DNA from: Tubiluchus corallicola
Taxonomy: Eukaryota > Animalia > Priapulida
Assembly (NCBI GenBank): GCA_030141605.1
Contig: JAQGDQ010001038.1
Coordinates: 4,309 to 68,308, forward strand
Direction: 5' to 3'
Length of the DNA: 64,000 nt
Positions 1 to 18,854 of the stretch are shown one piece after another (position 1 is the first letter of the stretch; each line of letters begins with the position of its first letter). The notes beneath the pieces are model-generated. The model did no database searches, was not told the DNA's origin, and worked only from the letters and a program-made list of their open reading frames with translations. A program made the position numbers and the translations under genes.

Positions 1-635
1 GCAACAATTTGTGAATAAATAACATTTGTCGTGTTACACACGTACTTGCTATTGATCAGTGTCATAAAGACAGCAGGATAGAAGACGTTAAAGGCCTATA
101 CATGTATATTGTGTAACCTCAACAGAGACTGAAGTTTTTTAACGCATTATTGTGATAACACAAATAATTTATAATTATTATTAAACGAAAGACTCTTATA
201 AATTAAATAACTAAACCTTTTTCAAGCGAATTTCGTAAGCGTGCCGTAAAGACCGCCATGTTTCTCGTCTTTGGCACGAGAATAACGTACGAAGTACATC
301 GTACGAAGTTTAAAAACGTCTTTGGTTACCGATGTTTGTTTGTGATTTTTGGTGACGTCGTGACTGTACTCATAACGTCATTCGTCTCGCGCAACGAAAA
401 ATGGCGGTTTTTCAAATTTAAAACGGTTAACAACGAAGTGATGAAAAACAAGTTTTTAGCAAAATAAATTGAATACTCGTAATGAGAGTAGGATTTTGTG
501 TTGTAAATGCTTATATTATAGTGAGGGTTTAGTTTGAATTTATATTTTCCAGAAGGACAAAAAAGGAAAAGAATCGGAGATGAGACTGTGAAAGTAGTCT
601 CGTGGAGACAGTCTTAAATGAGTGTTGAAACCAAC

Positions 636-682
636 GGTCGCCCATCCATTCATTGACCGATCACAGCGTTACTTAACTTCAC
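636..682 (-). other. 5S rRNA-derived fragment (internal control region-like)
   Basis: Reverse complement GAAGTTAAGTAACG..GGTCAATGAATGGATGGGCGACC resembles the 5S A box to C box region. Partial, not a gene. Confidence 0.45.
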
Positions 683-1860
683 TCACAAAACAACTTTGCA
701 ATAAGTTTATGTTTGGCAAAATAAAATGTAACGAAGCAACCGCTTACCATTGGCAACAAACTCAGGAAGTTAAAAAATTATAATGACCATTACCAACTGG
801 CAACCAAATTTGCAATACCAGATAGAACATACTTTGCGAGGCTGTGACTGACTTTAAGTGGATTGTGATAAGGCCAATACTGGGTTTCAACAGTACTGTA
901 AGGAATTAGAGAAAAACAAAAAATAAAACTCAAAGGTACAGCTGTTAGGCAAATATTAGTCAAATTAGTTTACATTTCACATAGAAATAACTTAAAGAAA
1001 CTACCGGAAAGGCACTATTTAAAATGACTAGACAGGAGGCAAATTATGCGTTTCACGCCTTTCTAAAGAAATCAGCAAGTATTAATGCTGGCAGGTACAA
1101 TCGCACAGTGTGCTTTTCAGATTCCTAAATGCTTTCTTAACTGCTGCATGCGCTATATGCTTTAGCTTTAACATTTTTCATTTGAGACCATTGTGAGGAA
1201 CCGCAACTTAATTACCAAAAAGATGACAAATGCACACATAACGCACGTAGACATGGTTAAGACTTCACGTTGTTCTTAGGCCTATGAGTTTTCTGAAGAT
1301 GGTCTAAGAATCAAGGACTGAAACATAAAATTTTAACCATGTCTACGTGTTTTATATAGGCGTTTGCCCTCCTTTGGATAACATTTTTCTTAACTTAAGC
1401 CACCACTTGCAGTGAGTATAGTTTACCATTGTTTACCTAGTTGGTTAAGCATATTGCCAATATTAGCATTAGAGTGTTTTCTTTCACAAGCTAAGAGTTC
1501 TTCTTTTTCTTCTTCTACCCTTTTTGCTTTTTTCCTGTTGTCCATCCAAGATCGGTTATCGTGCCAACCCTTTTCGATATCAAATTATTCCTTCAGAAAA
1601 ATTATCCATAGTTCCTGAAAGAAGACGCGTATTGGAATATAATTGTATAAGGGACACTGATTAAACTTGTACGTGGTAAACATGTAAACATGCAAATATG
1701 TCACAAGTACAAGATTTGTATGAAAATATCTATTTAGTGTGTATGTCGCAAATTTTTGTCCACATATTATTGACAAGCGAATTCTGTTTGAATTATGAAG
1801 TTAGGTTACTTTTGCGTAAACTGCATGGAAAAACTGTCTAGGGTTGAAACTGTAAGCATG

Positions 1861-2024
1861 ACCTGGCATCCGGAATGCGTATGCGTTATACAGATGCGGA
1901 ATAGATGTAATTGGTTTACATTGTTTTCAATGTACCCGTTTATGCGTTATTTTTCTGCAGTTTTTTTCCGATTGATTTTTATACGCAGCTTTGCGCAGGT
2001 GCGTAACGCATTCCGGAGCCAGGT
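1861..2024. mobile_element. MITE-like element with ~19-bp terminal inverted repeats
   Basis: ACCTGGCATCCGGAATGCGT at the left end and ACGCATTCCGGAGCCAGGT at the right end. Confidence 0.65.
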
Positions 2025-4779
2025 AAACGCTACTTATTGTAAGACTATGCGTTATACCAGCGTGCAGCCGCGCAAAATGTAATACTGCACTGTAGATGAA
2101 ATGCCGTGTATTTTCACCCCTACCCCTGCAGTGTAATGGTTCTTTCCATTACGAAACTTTTGCAGTGTGGATACTAGCATGCAGACGTTCCGTAATTCAG
2201 TAGCAGCACGGGCCGTTGTGTTTGCGATGTTAGTATCTGTTCCGCAATTCAATATGGAAGACACAAAATAAGTTTTCTGATGATACTTTTGATAGTTTTT
2301 GGAAAAATTCTATGGTCTGTAAAAACAGGCTTGGCCGCCGTCAGTTCAATACATTATTTATTGATTTAAAGAGTACATGAACCTCGTTAGTAGTTAAGGC
2401 AAAAAGTGTTGGCGTTTTTCAAATCTTGTTGATAAAAAGTCGAAAGTAAAAAAAACTGGCGCCAAACGAGCGGCACCAATCCCAAGAAGTTTCAGGCTTT
2501 GTGTACATTGTACCGGCCCAACGACACAAGTCAAATTGTTTTTCCATATAATCTTTGGACTAAGTCATTCAGTTGTTTTAGTAGTCTGTTAACAAGTGCG
2601 TAAAATGAACTATATAATTGCATCTGTAATAAAACACAACAGACAAAGAGCCTTTACTATTGAATTATTGATATAAATATTTAACCAGAAATGGGATATC
2701 ACAGTTTAATTGCGATAACATCGATATTACGATGCAAGTTAAAATTTTGTAACAGAAATCCAACAGACCAAGAGCGTTTACTATCATTACTTGCTTTATT
2801 TGTTACTTTATTATCAAATACGTACCAAGAAATAAGATATCTGATATTAGTTACGAAAACATCGATACTTGAAATTGTGATGCAAGATAAGTTTGCAAAT
2901 GTACAAAAATGAAAACTTAACCATTTACAAATTTTGGTAATTGTAATAATAACACAATAATATAATTGTAAAAATATATAATACGGAAATTTAACTAAAC
3001 GAAAATAAACATAAACCAATTGTAAGCAGAGCCTAAACATGTTACAATTTTTTACTGTCCTTGTGACTGGGAAGGAAAGAAAAATCAAGGTGATATGCAA
3101 ATCTGTATGAAACGTCATTGTAATTTCCCCTAAATTTCCATGAAGTATATGGGCCCTTCTACAAATTGCGCAGCCTGCATAAGTTTAAAAAGACATTCAT
3201 GCTGGTAAAGGCACAGGAAGCAATAATATCATTGATAGCATAACATTGACAAATAACTAAAATACTGATTGTTATTCGATAAGTACGTTCGAAAGGTGTT
3301 GTCTTCCTACTAGTATGATCGTATCGTTTAGTGTCATCAACAAGGTTTTGGAATGAAGTCTTTCTATATTCAGGAATTTGTTCTAATCAGCAAAACGATT
3401 TCGCTTAGTTTGTGCTTCATTTATTGATTTGTTTTAAGCAATTTGCTTCTATTGTAAATATAAATCAAAATTTGTACTACAAAAAGAAATATTTCTGTTA
3501 CATAATGACTGCTTGCAAGATTACATTCTAGGTTCCCGTTGTGAACGCTAATTTCGACTGCTTTCTTTTTGACTTTTTTACGTAGTTGTTGTCACTCAAA
3601 AAAAAATATATAACTCTTCCAGCCAGTCAGGTGTTTGCCGTAAAGCAAGCACTCGTGAGAGAACTCCGCAATTTTTTTAATTACTGTCAAAACATTCAGT
3701 AAATTGCAAGGAAGAGGAAATGACGTCATATCCCTACGCAAGCAACCGATCAATCAGTAAACAATCTATTAAATGAAGCGAGTTGAGCTTAACGGGTTTA
3801 GCTAAAACTGGCATAAAATCTAAAGCGATTACAGGACGTCGTTTAATGATATTAAATCGAATTTGTAAACGCATCAAGTAAGTCCAATCCAAGTTAATCA
3901 AGAAATAGCAACGTTTCGCTTGTCACGTAGCTATCTTCAACTAGCTTTAGTTAGGCTTTTACATCACAGTGGGCAAAGAGTTTGTATAAGCCCTCCAGTG
4001 GACTTCAGCAAAGACACCCATTTGTCTTAAGCCATGATGCGTTTCGCATTTACTTCGAGTATGCGGTCCCTTGTGCTAAATCCCAGAAAAAACGTATTTA
4101 TTTAAGATTTCTCACGAAAGTTTGTGCTATATTAGGCTTCACCATAAATACTGGACATAGTATGAAAAGTCTTGTCTCCTATAAAGCCCACGTTGGAACG
4201 AGCAGAAAACGTAGGAAAACAGTTCAGTGGTCCTTGTTCCTATCCCAAGTTACGGGATAAACTTAATCACAATTTAAGTTGTATTGTTTATTTCCCAATT
4301 CGACTTTTTTACATAGACGGCCTCTCGGTTATATTTATTCTGAACTTTGGAAAGGATCTTGTACATAAAAGGCGATCAAATCAGGAAAATATCGTAAACT
4401 TCACAAAATACCAAATAACCTCAGAACCTCAGAAGCAATGTACCATCTCAGAAATAGAAAACGAAATGCACTTTTTTCTGTCAGTGTCAAGAAATCAGAA
4501 CTATGATTAGTAATAAAACTGTTAAAATATGCCTTGAATATTTGGATTTGTCAGACATAAGTAAATTTGTATTAGCGATTGGCACGACGACATAGAAATC
4601 TAATGTGTAATTTTGTGGAACCTTCTCTTAGGAAACGTGCCCATGGCTGACCAGGGCAGTCTAGCGCTATTCGTGCAAGGCTTAAATTACTTGCGTTTGT
4701 AAAAATAAGGGCAGCAATCAAAGTCAACAGCAGGTAGTATGCAATTCCTCACACACAAGAAATTAATTCGTGAAGCGGA

Positions 4780-4842
4780 TTAAGGTTAAGGTTAGGGTTG
4801 GGTTATGTTTAGGGTTAGGTTAGGGTTAGGTTAGGGTTAAGG
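4780..4842 (+). repeat. Interstitial telomere-like (TTAGG/TTAGGG) array
   Basis: ttaaggttaaggttagggttgggttatgtttagggttaggttagggttaggttagggttaagg. Confidence 0.8.
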
Positions 4843-5866
4843 TATTTAAATTGTGTGGGAAATTTATATATTTATTTTAAACTATAACGGATTTAAATTT
4901 GGCTATATCTACATATTATATTTAAAATTGAACCATAACGAGTTTATCAATATTTTATGTGTATTCGTTGTTAAGAAACCTAATGCTATTTATTATATTT
5001 GTTACTTATGTTATGTTACGCTGTTATGTTATATCGTATTTTTACAGTGTATTTAACTTTAAACTGTGTAAATTAGTGTTTATGTTTTGTAGTTGTGCTA
5101 TAACTAATGTTCTTATTACCCAGTAAATGTCTTAAAAGTCTCGAAATGATTCCACGCACATGTTTGTGCATCAGTGGATTAAATTTTCACGGAATCAAAA
5201 TTCTTAAAAACAAAGTAACCCTCGAGAAATTCATCCCCCAATATAATAAAAGTTGCAGATGCATTCTGCCAAATTTGCTAGAAACGTTGTTCATATCATG
5301 AATAATTAGACTTTTCAAGACTAAGGCAAAAAAGGTCAGTAATAAATGCAGCGACGTTGCCCTGAGATTGGTCTTGCTATCAAAGTTGACATCTCTAGAA
5401 GATGAGTCATCATAAATGCACTAAAGAAGCTCTATTTACTGAACAAATATCAATTTGCATCACATTATCAAAACGGGAATAGTGAAAGTAATGCATGAGT
5501 AAAGGGCAAAATAAAGCTAAAAAGAATTTGTAAAACACGATTACATTTTACTTTAATGCAATGCCTGTAAAATTCTAGAAATTTTTTGTAATTACGTTTA
5601 TTAAACACAATGTAGTTATTTATTTTAAAAAATCGCGTCACTTTTGGATATTCGCAGCACAAGCAAAGCAAAAAGACTCAAACGTGAACTCGGCCTTCAA
5701 CAAGAGGCGGATAATTATTTTTATTTCTCATTTAAATCTTCTTTGTTTTGGTAAAAACGTGTAATAAACGAAACAGCACCCTTGAAAATCACTCGACAAA
5801 ATACAAATACCACACAGAAAATTTAGTTGACTAACTATTTCCTTCGGTCTGTTTGAAACAGTTTTC

Positions 5867-5870
<4 letters not shown>

Positions 5871-5949
<79 letters not shown>

Positions 5950-6060
5950 CTTCTTGCTCCCTCCCTCTTTCTCTCTCCCTTCCTCCCCTCCTCTCTCTGT
6001 CAGTCAGACAGTCTGTCTGTCTGTCTCTCTCTATCTCTCTATCTCTGTCTCTTTCTCTCG
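5871..6060 (+). repeat. (TC)n microsatellite with degenerate CT-rich extension
   Basis: Perfect TC run at 5871-5942. Confidence 0.95.
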
Positions 6061-6715
6061 ACTGAAACCTTGGTAATAACGTCCGCTTTATAAGTAAAAA
6101 TTTTACAGTAACGTTTTTTGTTTGGGCACCTATTTTGATTGTTTTTGCAAACTAACTAAAATTCTGTTTTACCTGACAAGAAGTTTAGTCTTGCATTTTA
6201 AAATTTAATGTATAGCAGGCAATGACACAAGAGCTGGCTTGTATTAGTATGCTATAATTTCGAAATTGTGTTACCAAGACGCCCAGTCTCTCTCTTTGAT
6301 TTTTAATGCAGCAAAATCCGTCACAATGTTTTTCCACTCAGTTACAGTATTATTTACTCACCTTCAAATAAAACAGGATACTCGTCTATATGAATGGGTT
6401 CAAAATGGTATGCTTTGGGATAGCACTGAAGTTGGAGGAACTGCAAGCTGCTAAGTTGCTCTTTTCGTCGTAATCATCATTAACATATTTGTCGCCATCA
6501 TTTTTGCCTTTGACACTCGCTCTGGCAATTTAATTCGAACGCTGATCCTGGCTGTTTACTTCAAACGTGTCCCATTTTCTTCCGCTGATTTATTCTTGAT
6601 AATAAGCCAGATCCCGGCCTTGCCACGAAACACTGACATTGCGTTCGTCCGAATGTTGAAAGCTGGATTCTTCCTTGCAGTGGGTCATTTGGTATATAAA
6701 ATTTCATCAAAACTG

Positions 6716-6840
6716 ACCGCCGCCGCCGACGCCGACGCCGCCACCACTACCACTACCACCACCACCATCGTCATCATCACCATCACCATCACCATCACCA
6801 CTATCACCACCATCATCATCATCACCATCGTCATTATAAT
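6716..6840 (+). repeat. Compound (GCC)/(ACC)/(ATC) microsatellite
   Basis: Read directly from sequence. Confidence 0.9.
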
Positions 6841-7461
6841 CATGCGGGAATGACCATCAGGAAAGGTCATAGCTGCCGCGTCAGCGTCAATAAATGTTCT
6901 CATCATTGTAAAAGTATTTCTCTTTTATTTTTATGCTATTTGGCTGATTGGTACTAATTAAGCGCAAAGTTTCGCAACAACATAGTGTTAATTTATCAGT
7001 ACAGGTGTTTTACGTTACACTAAAACAAAAAACGTTTTCCTGGTGGTCGGCGTCATTTTGTGTTAAAATAGCTGTCAGTTAAGTGCATTAACCTTATTTA
7101 TGGATTTTATCGCTACGATTAACTTTCTTCATCACAACCACATCTTGATAGCTCCCAGCGGTTAATTGTTGTTTTATTGCCTATTCCAAGACAACGCTTC
7201 TAGCATCATTTCTGCGAGAAGCTAAAGATGCTGTGTTACTATGACAACCGTAATCGGTTTGATAGTGTGAGGTCTTTACTGGCTGTGATGCAATGTTATC
7301 ATATTTTAATTGCTAAAAAGAAGTAAAAGCATGACATGATTATGTCAAAAGTTAATTATTTTGAGTTCAATATGCTGACAAATCTTGGCAAAATGAATTT
7401 GTGTAGGTCAGCCATTGGAAAATTCTGCTCGTAAAATTTTTGCATTGCTTTATCAGATCCT

Positions 7462-7940
7462 AAATAATTGATCTACACCATCCACTCCTCTCAGTTACTA
7501 GGAAAAGTATCAGCAAACAACTGTTAAGTGCATCATCCACTCTTTTCATTTACTACCAAATGTGTCGGCAAACCGCTCTAATACTAGTTGAGATAGATAG
7601 TTAATGTTCTGTTTGCAAAATGTAGATGTTCTGTTTGCGAATGTAGAGATTTCAGTGACTCGCCAACATACTTTGGTAGTAAGTAAATGGTGTGGATGAT
7701 GCATTTCACTTAAGCATTACCGTGGCTTGTTGACATTTTTGCTGGAAACTTAATGCAATGAATGGTGCAGCTCAACAATTACTAAAGCAGTTCGCTGATA
7801 CATTTGCTAGTAACTAGATAGTGTGGATGAAACAGTTCAACAAGTATTGCAGTGGTTTGCCGACACCTTTGCTAGTAACTGAAATGAGTGGACGGTGCAG
7901 CTTAACATATACTGAGTGGTATGCTGATGCCTTTCCTAGT
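7462..7940. mobile_element. Foldback-like element: ~60-65-bp unit, 2 copies forward and 4-5 copies inverted
   Basis: Left unit CACCATCCACTCCTCTCAGTTACTAGGAAAAGTATCAGCAAAC; right units such as GTTTGCCGACACCTTTGCTAGTAACTGAAATGAGTGGACGGTG. Confidence 0.7.
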
Positions 7941-8039
7941 GTCGCGAACTAATTCGCGAGTTTATTTTATGAACTCTGTGAACTTTACTAACTCGTTTCA
8001 GTAACAGTAGAGCAAGTCATACTACAGTGCCTAAATGTA

Positions 8040-8765
8040 ATAACTTTCTCACCTGACAGGTTTCTGCTGCATTGTTCAAGGTTAACCAGTTTTAGGTGGT
8101 TTGAGCTTTCTAGTTTAATCAAGTTATTCACAACGTAATGTACATGGAAAAGCAGTCAATAATAAAGTTTTGAGTGTTTGTGCAACTAAATGAATTTGGG
8201 TTATGTTGTTACACATATTGACAAGAGCCTTTTTTCACACCTAGTAACTATGCCTTTCCAAAAGCGTTTTTATAAACATTTTGACAAGACCCTTAATAAC
8301 AGCTAAATCTTTTCTGAGAACAATAAAAACATCGACATAGCACGAAATAAAAACGCAAGTGATGTGCTTGCACGCTATGCTGAAAGTGCTAATCTAAGTT
8401 GGGCAGATCTTGATAAATTTATATTAGCCACCTGGAACGGCAAAATCCGGTTCAGAAGCTTTTTTAATCTTATGTCTTCTCTCACAGCCCTGCGTCTGCC
8501 AACTGGTAGATATGGTAGAATCCCTTGCGCTCAACCTTCCACTTGGCAGAGGTTTTAACTCCTTCCTATATACAATTAGTTTCGCCGATAATAATTACTG
8601 TAAGTGTCTTACAGATGGACAAACGCCCGAACACTTAGTATTTGACTGCCATTTGAATTCGTACAACGCTAAATCTATGCCAAAACGTTTTACCTTCACT
8701 AAATTTATAACACCTGTATATTTTTCGCGATATATATATATATATATGTATGTATGTATGTATAC
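8040..8765 (+). mobile_element. Non-LTR retrotransposon 3' end with C-terminal Cys/His zinc-knuckle-like motif
   Basis: IDIARNKN..DKFILATWNGKI..LRLPTGRYGR, then GRGFNSFLYTISFADNNYCKCLTDGQTPEHLVFDC; (TA)n/(TGTA)n tail. Confidence 0.65.
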
Positions 8766-10144
8766 GTGCAGCCTTCAATGATATCGTACACGAAATCTCA
8801 GTTGTAGTGTTCGTAGTATCGTACAGCTTGTAGCTATTTTTGCAACAACTTGAAAATTACCGGACAATAATCTTCAAAATTCAAAGCGTATTCATTCATA
8901 ATTATATTCATTGTGTATTAATTGTGTGCGTGAGTGCGTGCGGTGCGTGCGTGCGTATGCTTAGAGCACGAAATCATTTAATTGCAGTCAGCTGAAGAAT
9001 TAGGTGACTCTGCTCGTGTATTACGTACGTATCATTTATTTTGAAAACGTAATACAAAAAGTGGTGAAAGTTGTACACAATATTGTAGAAAAATTTACAG
9101 ATGATGTTCTTATACATGCCATATATTGATTTTGTACATGCAAGTCATGCAAGCAACTTATATACAGTAGTAGTAATAATGATGATATCATTAGAACATT
9201 TATAACAAGAACTAGATTATCCAGCTTACCTGTGCATGTTCTAAGTAACACAAGTAACGCTTTCAGGTCACACGTTAGACCAACATTACTATATGGTTGT
9301 TATTTGGTCAGCCCTTAGTCTGTCTGTTTTGAAAAACTGCGATTTTTGGCTTTGCTACGAGTCCACATTCACACAAGCATTATATAAAGCAGTGTCAAAT
9401 CAAATATGACGTGCACTTCATTGTGCTTTTATCGAACAGGCTTCGAAATTTATCTGCCATTCTGTATACCAAAAGCAGCGGCGGGCTTCAACCAGTCACA
9501 ACTAATCGATGCATGCGGCAGCAGCAGAAGCAGCTGAAAACTCCCAATAGACATGAGCTTTGAATTATTCAAGAAAGTTAAACCGCTAATGTTTTATTAA
9601 CAGACGTCGATGTGCAACGTGAAATTTGTTTAAAAATATTAAGAATAATAAGCCGCATGAGATCCAGGAAAGATTAAAAACCTGGCAAGGGATTAGAAGC
9701 CAGGTCTTACAATTTACTGTGACCAAATTAACTAAACTTTTGAGACTGGTTTACCAACACTTTGAGGAAATCAAATACTATAAAACATGACAGATAGAAG
9801 GGAACTAAAATATAACATGCTAGTTATGACGATAGACATAGACATGGAAACGGACACGTACATGAACACGAAATAGGCACATAGCCACACGCGTAGACAG
9901 AGGATAGGAACAAAAAATTGGCGTTCAAGTCATCAATTGACTTGTTACTGCTTTTTCCAAAAACGTGCATACTGCAAATTTTGTAGTAGTTTTTGACTCC
10001 ATACTAGAAGGTACAACAGTTACCGCTTTAAATCCATAAAGATGGCATTGTGTAGAGTAGAAATAGGTAAAACCACTTGGTTCGTCGGTCTTATCCTTGA
10101 TCGGAGTAGGCTATGTGATGCACCAAACACAAAAAATGCAAGAC

Positions 10145-16032
<5,888 letters not shown>

Positions 16033-16197
16033 TTTTTTCGAAAGCATTGTTGAAGTTCGAACAGAACATTGTTATCCATGGCAGTTAAGTGACGGAACTG
16101 CTTAGCTGGCTTCCCTGACTGCACCATTCCTATTACTGCTGCTTCCTATAGACATCTATAGGAATGATAGTAGCTGAAGTATCTATATCAACAGCAG

Positions 16198-16490
<293 letters not shown>

Positions 16491-17848
16491 ACACCGTCAC
16501 CAGCAGAAAGGCTACCAGTCACAGCATTACTACCGCTATATTATAATGCAGTACAGGCATAAGTGGATGCACAGTAATATTGTAACTGCATCATTGTCAG
16601 TGATTATAGACATAGAATAACAGATTATAAATAAAAAGAATAAGTTTATAGAAAAAACTGCGAGTAGTTAATATTTCATTTCAGTTTACTGGGCAGCCGT
16701 TTTTTCCCAAAAATTCAATAGCTGAAACGGTTAAGTTTGATACTAGGCAGCGTGTAGATTTCCGTAGGGTGTTCAGCTATACATGGATGAGGTAATTAAA
16801 CATTAGAGGTAAAATTGGCCCAATGTTTTACTGTTGGTTGTTGATAATATATCTAAGCTGTGATCCATAAATGACATACATGTATTTATAGCCAGTTTAT
16901 TTCACTTTTACATTAATACTTGAGCCATAATGGAACAAACACCTGTGTATCATGTTTTTATCATGTGCATCATTCCAGGAAAAATAAATTTCTGTTCTAT
17001 TCTAATGCCTAGGCTGTTACTGAATAGTTTACTCAATTTTACTTTCTTTTGTTCATTTGTAGGATTCCCCAGGTTTACATGCATCCAGAAATTCTACTTG
17101 TACATTGTACCAGCCAATCAATGATATGATTGCTGTAGAAGAGGGTGTGTTTAGCAACACTGCTGATCATTATTCCAGGTTTTACATAGGATGAATATGG
17201 AATACATCTTACTTGATTGGAATCTTAGTCTAATCAGAAACAAAAACATCAGTAAATTTTGCTATGTTCACAACATCATTGATTTTTTGCTTTTGATTAA
17301 GACCAATGTGCTTCACATCTATAAGTGGCCAAGAGTGCTGTATGTTAATATTGTAAAGGCAAGTTTGTGGGCAAACTCAGATCATAAACCTTTGCCTGGA
17401 TGCACTTCCTAATGCAGGGTGCCATACATAAATGTCACAATTATCATAGTTTTGCTGGTTTACAAGTAGTAAAAAAATTTAGATTGTTAAGAAATGATAA
17501 TTCTTAGCTTTGGTTCATAAAAGACTTTTTTATGTTATCGACTGTTATCGCTTGTAAAAAGCTTTCATGCTCCGTGTTGTTGGATTCTGCTCATCTCAGT
17601 CAGTTAACACCTCAACTTGTAACACTGAATATGCGGGAAAAGTGATAGAGTGCAGATTAGATTAAAGAATTTCTATGTTTTTTATTTTGTATTCGGTTGC
17701 TTTAGCTATTTGTCACGTTTCTTTTTTAATAGTTATCCTATAAGAATTTTATTAGCTGGGTTTCGAAACCTCTTTTTAAAGCTGCACACAGTAGCAGTAA
17801 AGTTCAATCAGAAAAAAACGCTCATAGTAATGAAATTGCAAATTATTT

Positions 17849-18490
17849 CATACATACATACAAAACTTTATTTAAAGTCGGTTTTACAATAACAAATACT
17901 AGCACGCGTGCTAGTCTTCACTGACATAAAAATAAAGCATTAAAATACAGATAATACAACTAACAATACAATATTGTACAAACATTATTGTATTGGTAGG
18001 ATAATACATGAAAGAGTGCAAACCAGATTTGGTTTTGTTAACTCGTGGTACATTAGAATATTTGCACCTCTCAGGTTATAACTTGACTGCTTAAACATAA
18101 ACCACTACTAGTGCTGTCAGAATTTAAGTGACGAGCACGTTTGAAAATTTCACTTATCATATTTTTTTTTACGCCGTACCCTAAGAATTGGCATTTTGGC
18201 TTTTTTGAGTAAGGCATCATAAGTTGAGTGAAAATCATGAAAAACAAATTTCGAAGCTCGATATTGGATAGATTTTAGTTTTTGGTTGCTTGTTTTCCCA
18301 CAAGTATACAAAACATCAGGGTAACTGAAATTGCATAGTATAAAGGTTATGTAGATTAATAAACGGGTTAGTAGATATAATAAACGGAGAAAGACGAAAA
18401 TGTGCATTTAACTGTTTTGCTGCACCTCTACAAATAACGCTAATGTATTCACTAAATGTTCAATTTTCGTCTAGGTGAACACCAAATAAT
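17849..18490 (-). mobile_element. 5'-truncated CR1/L2-group LINE 3' end
   Basis: RT C-terminal remnants GVHLDEN.TFSEYISVIC and NFSY..YTCGKTSNQKLKSIQYRASKFVFHDFHSTYDALL; 3' end ccgactttaaataaag followed by (TATG)n. Confidence 0.75.
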
Positions 18491-18770
18491 GTAGGTCTTA
18501 GAATGGGTTCCGGTCAGTCAATCCAGTTTTCACAAGTGTGCAACGAAAGCCAGCTCTCTTCAAATTTGGCAGAATGTCACGAGTCTCAGTTTTCTTTCTC
18601 TTAGGTAGCACTGTGTGGTGGATAGATTATAGTTTGTAAATATGATGAAATACTTTTCTGGCGCCGTAACTGGGCCTAACTAAATAAGTTCTATACGTTA
18701 ACTTATTTGCTAGGTTTGACATTTGGCGGAATCATGATGCCAGTTATATATGTCAAGGCAGTGGGATTCG

Positions 18771-18808
18771 TATATAAACGCCAGAAATTTCATTTAAAAT
18801 GTCCAGTC
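18771..18808 (+). promoter_or_regulatory. TATA box and Inr-like element of the trypsin gene
   Basis: TATATAAA at 18771-18778, CCAGTC about 30 nt downstream, ATG about 50 nt further on. Confidence 0.6.
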
Positions 18809-18854
18809 CGCCGGCCGAACCTGTCGTTGACCGTTATCGCTGCCGTTGCTGAAG

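Noticed and set aside
89-617. TTAA-flanked DNA transposon relic
   Set aside because: The CpG-rich interior is suggestive, but I found no matching terminal inverted repeats.
3700-4260. Protein-like minus-strand frame with scattered stops
   Set aside because: No recognisable family or splice structure.
9925-10110. Minus-strand open frame after a tag acceptor (PTPIKDKTDEPSGF..) as an extra NOXRED1 exon
   Set aside because: The main exon already ends in TAA at 10145 after a plausible C-terminal helix; no convincing donor or homology.
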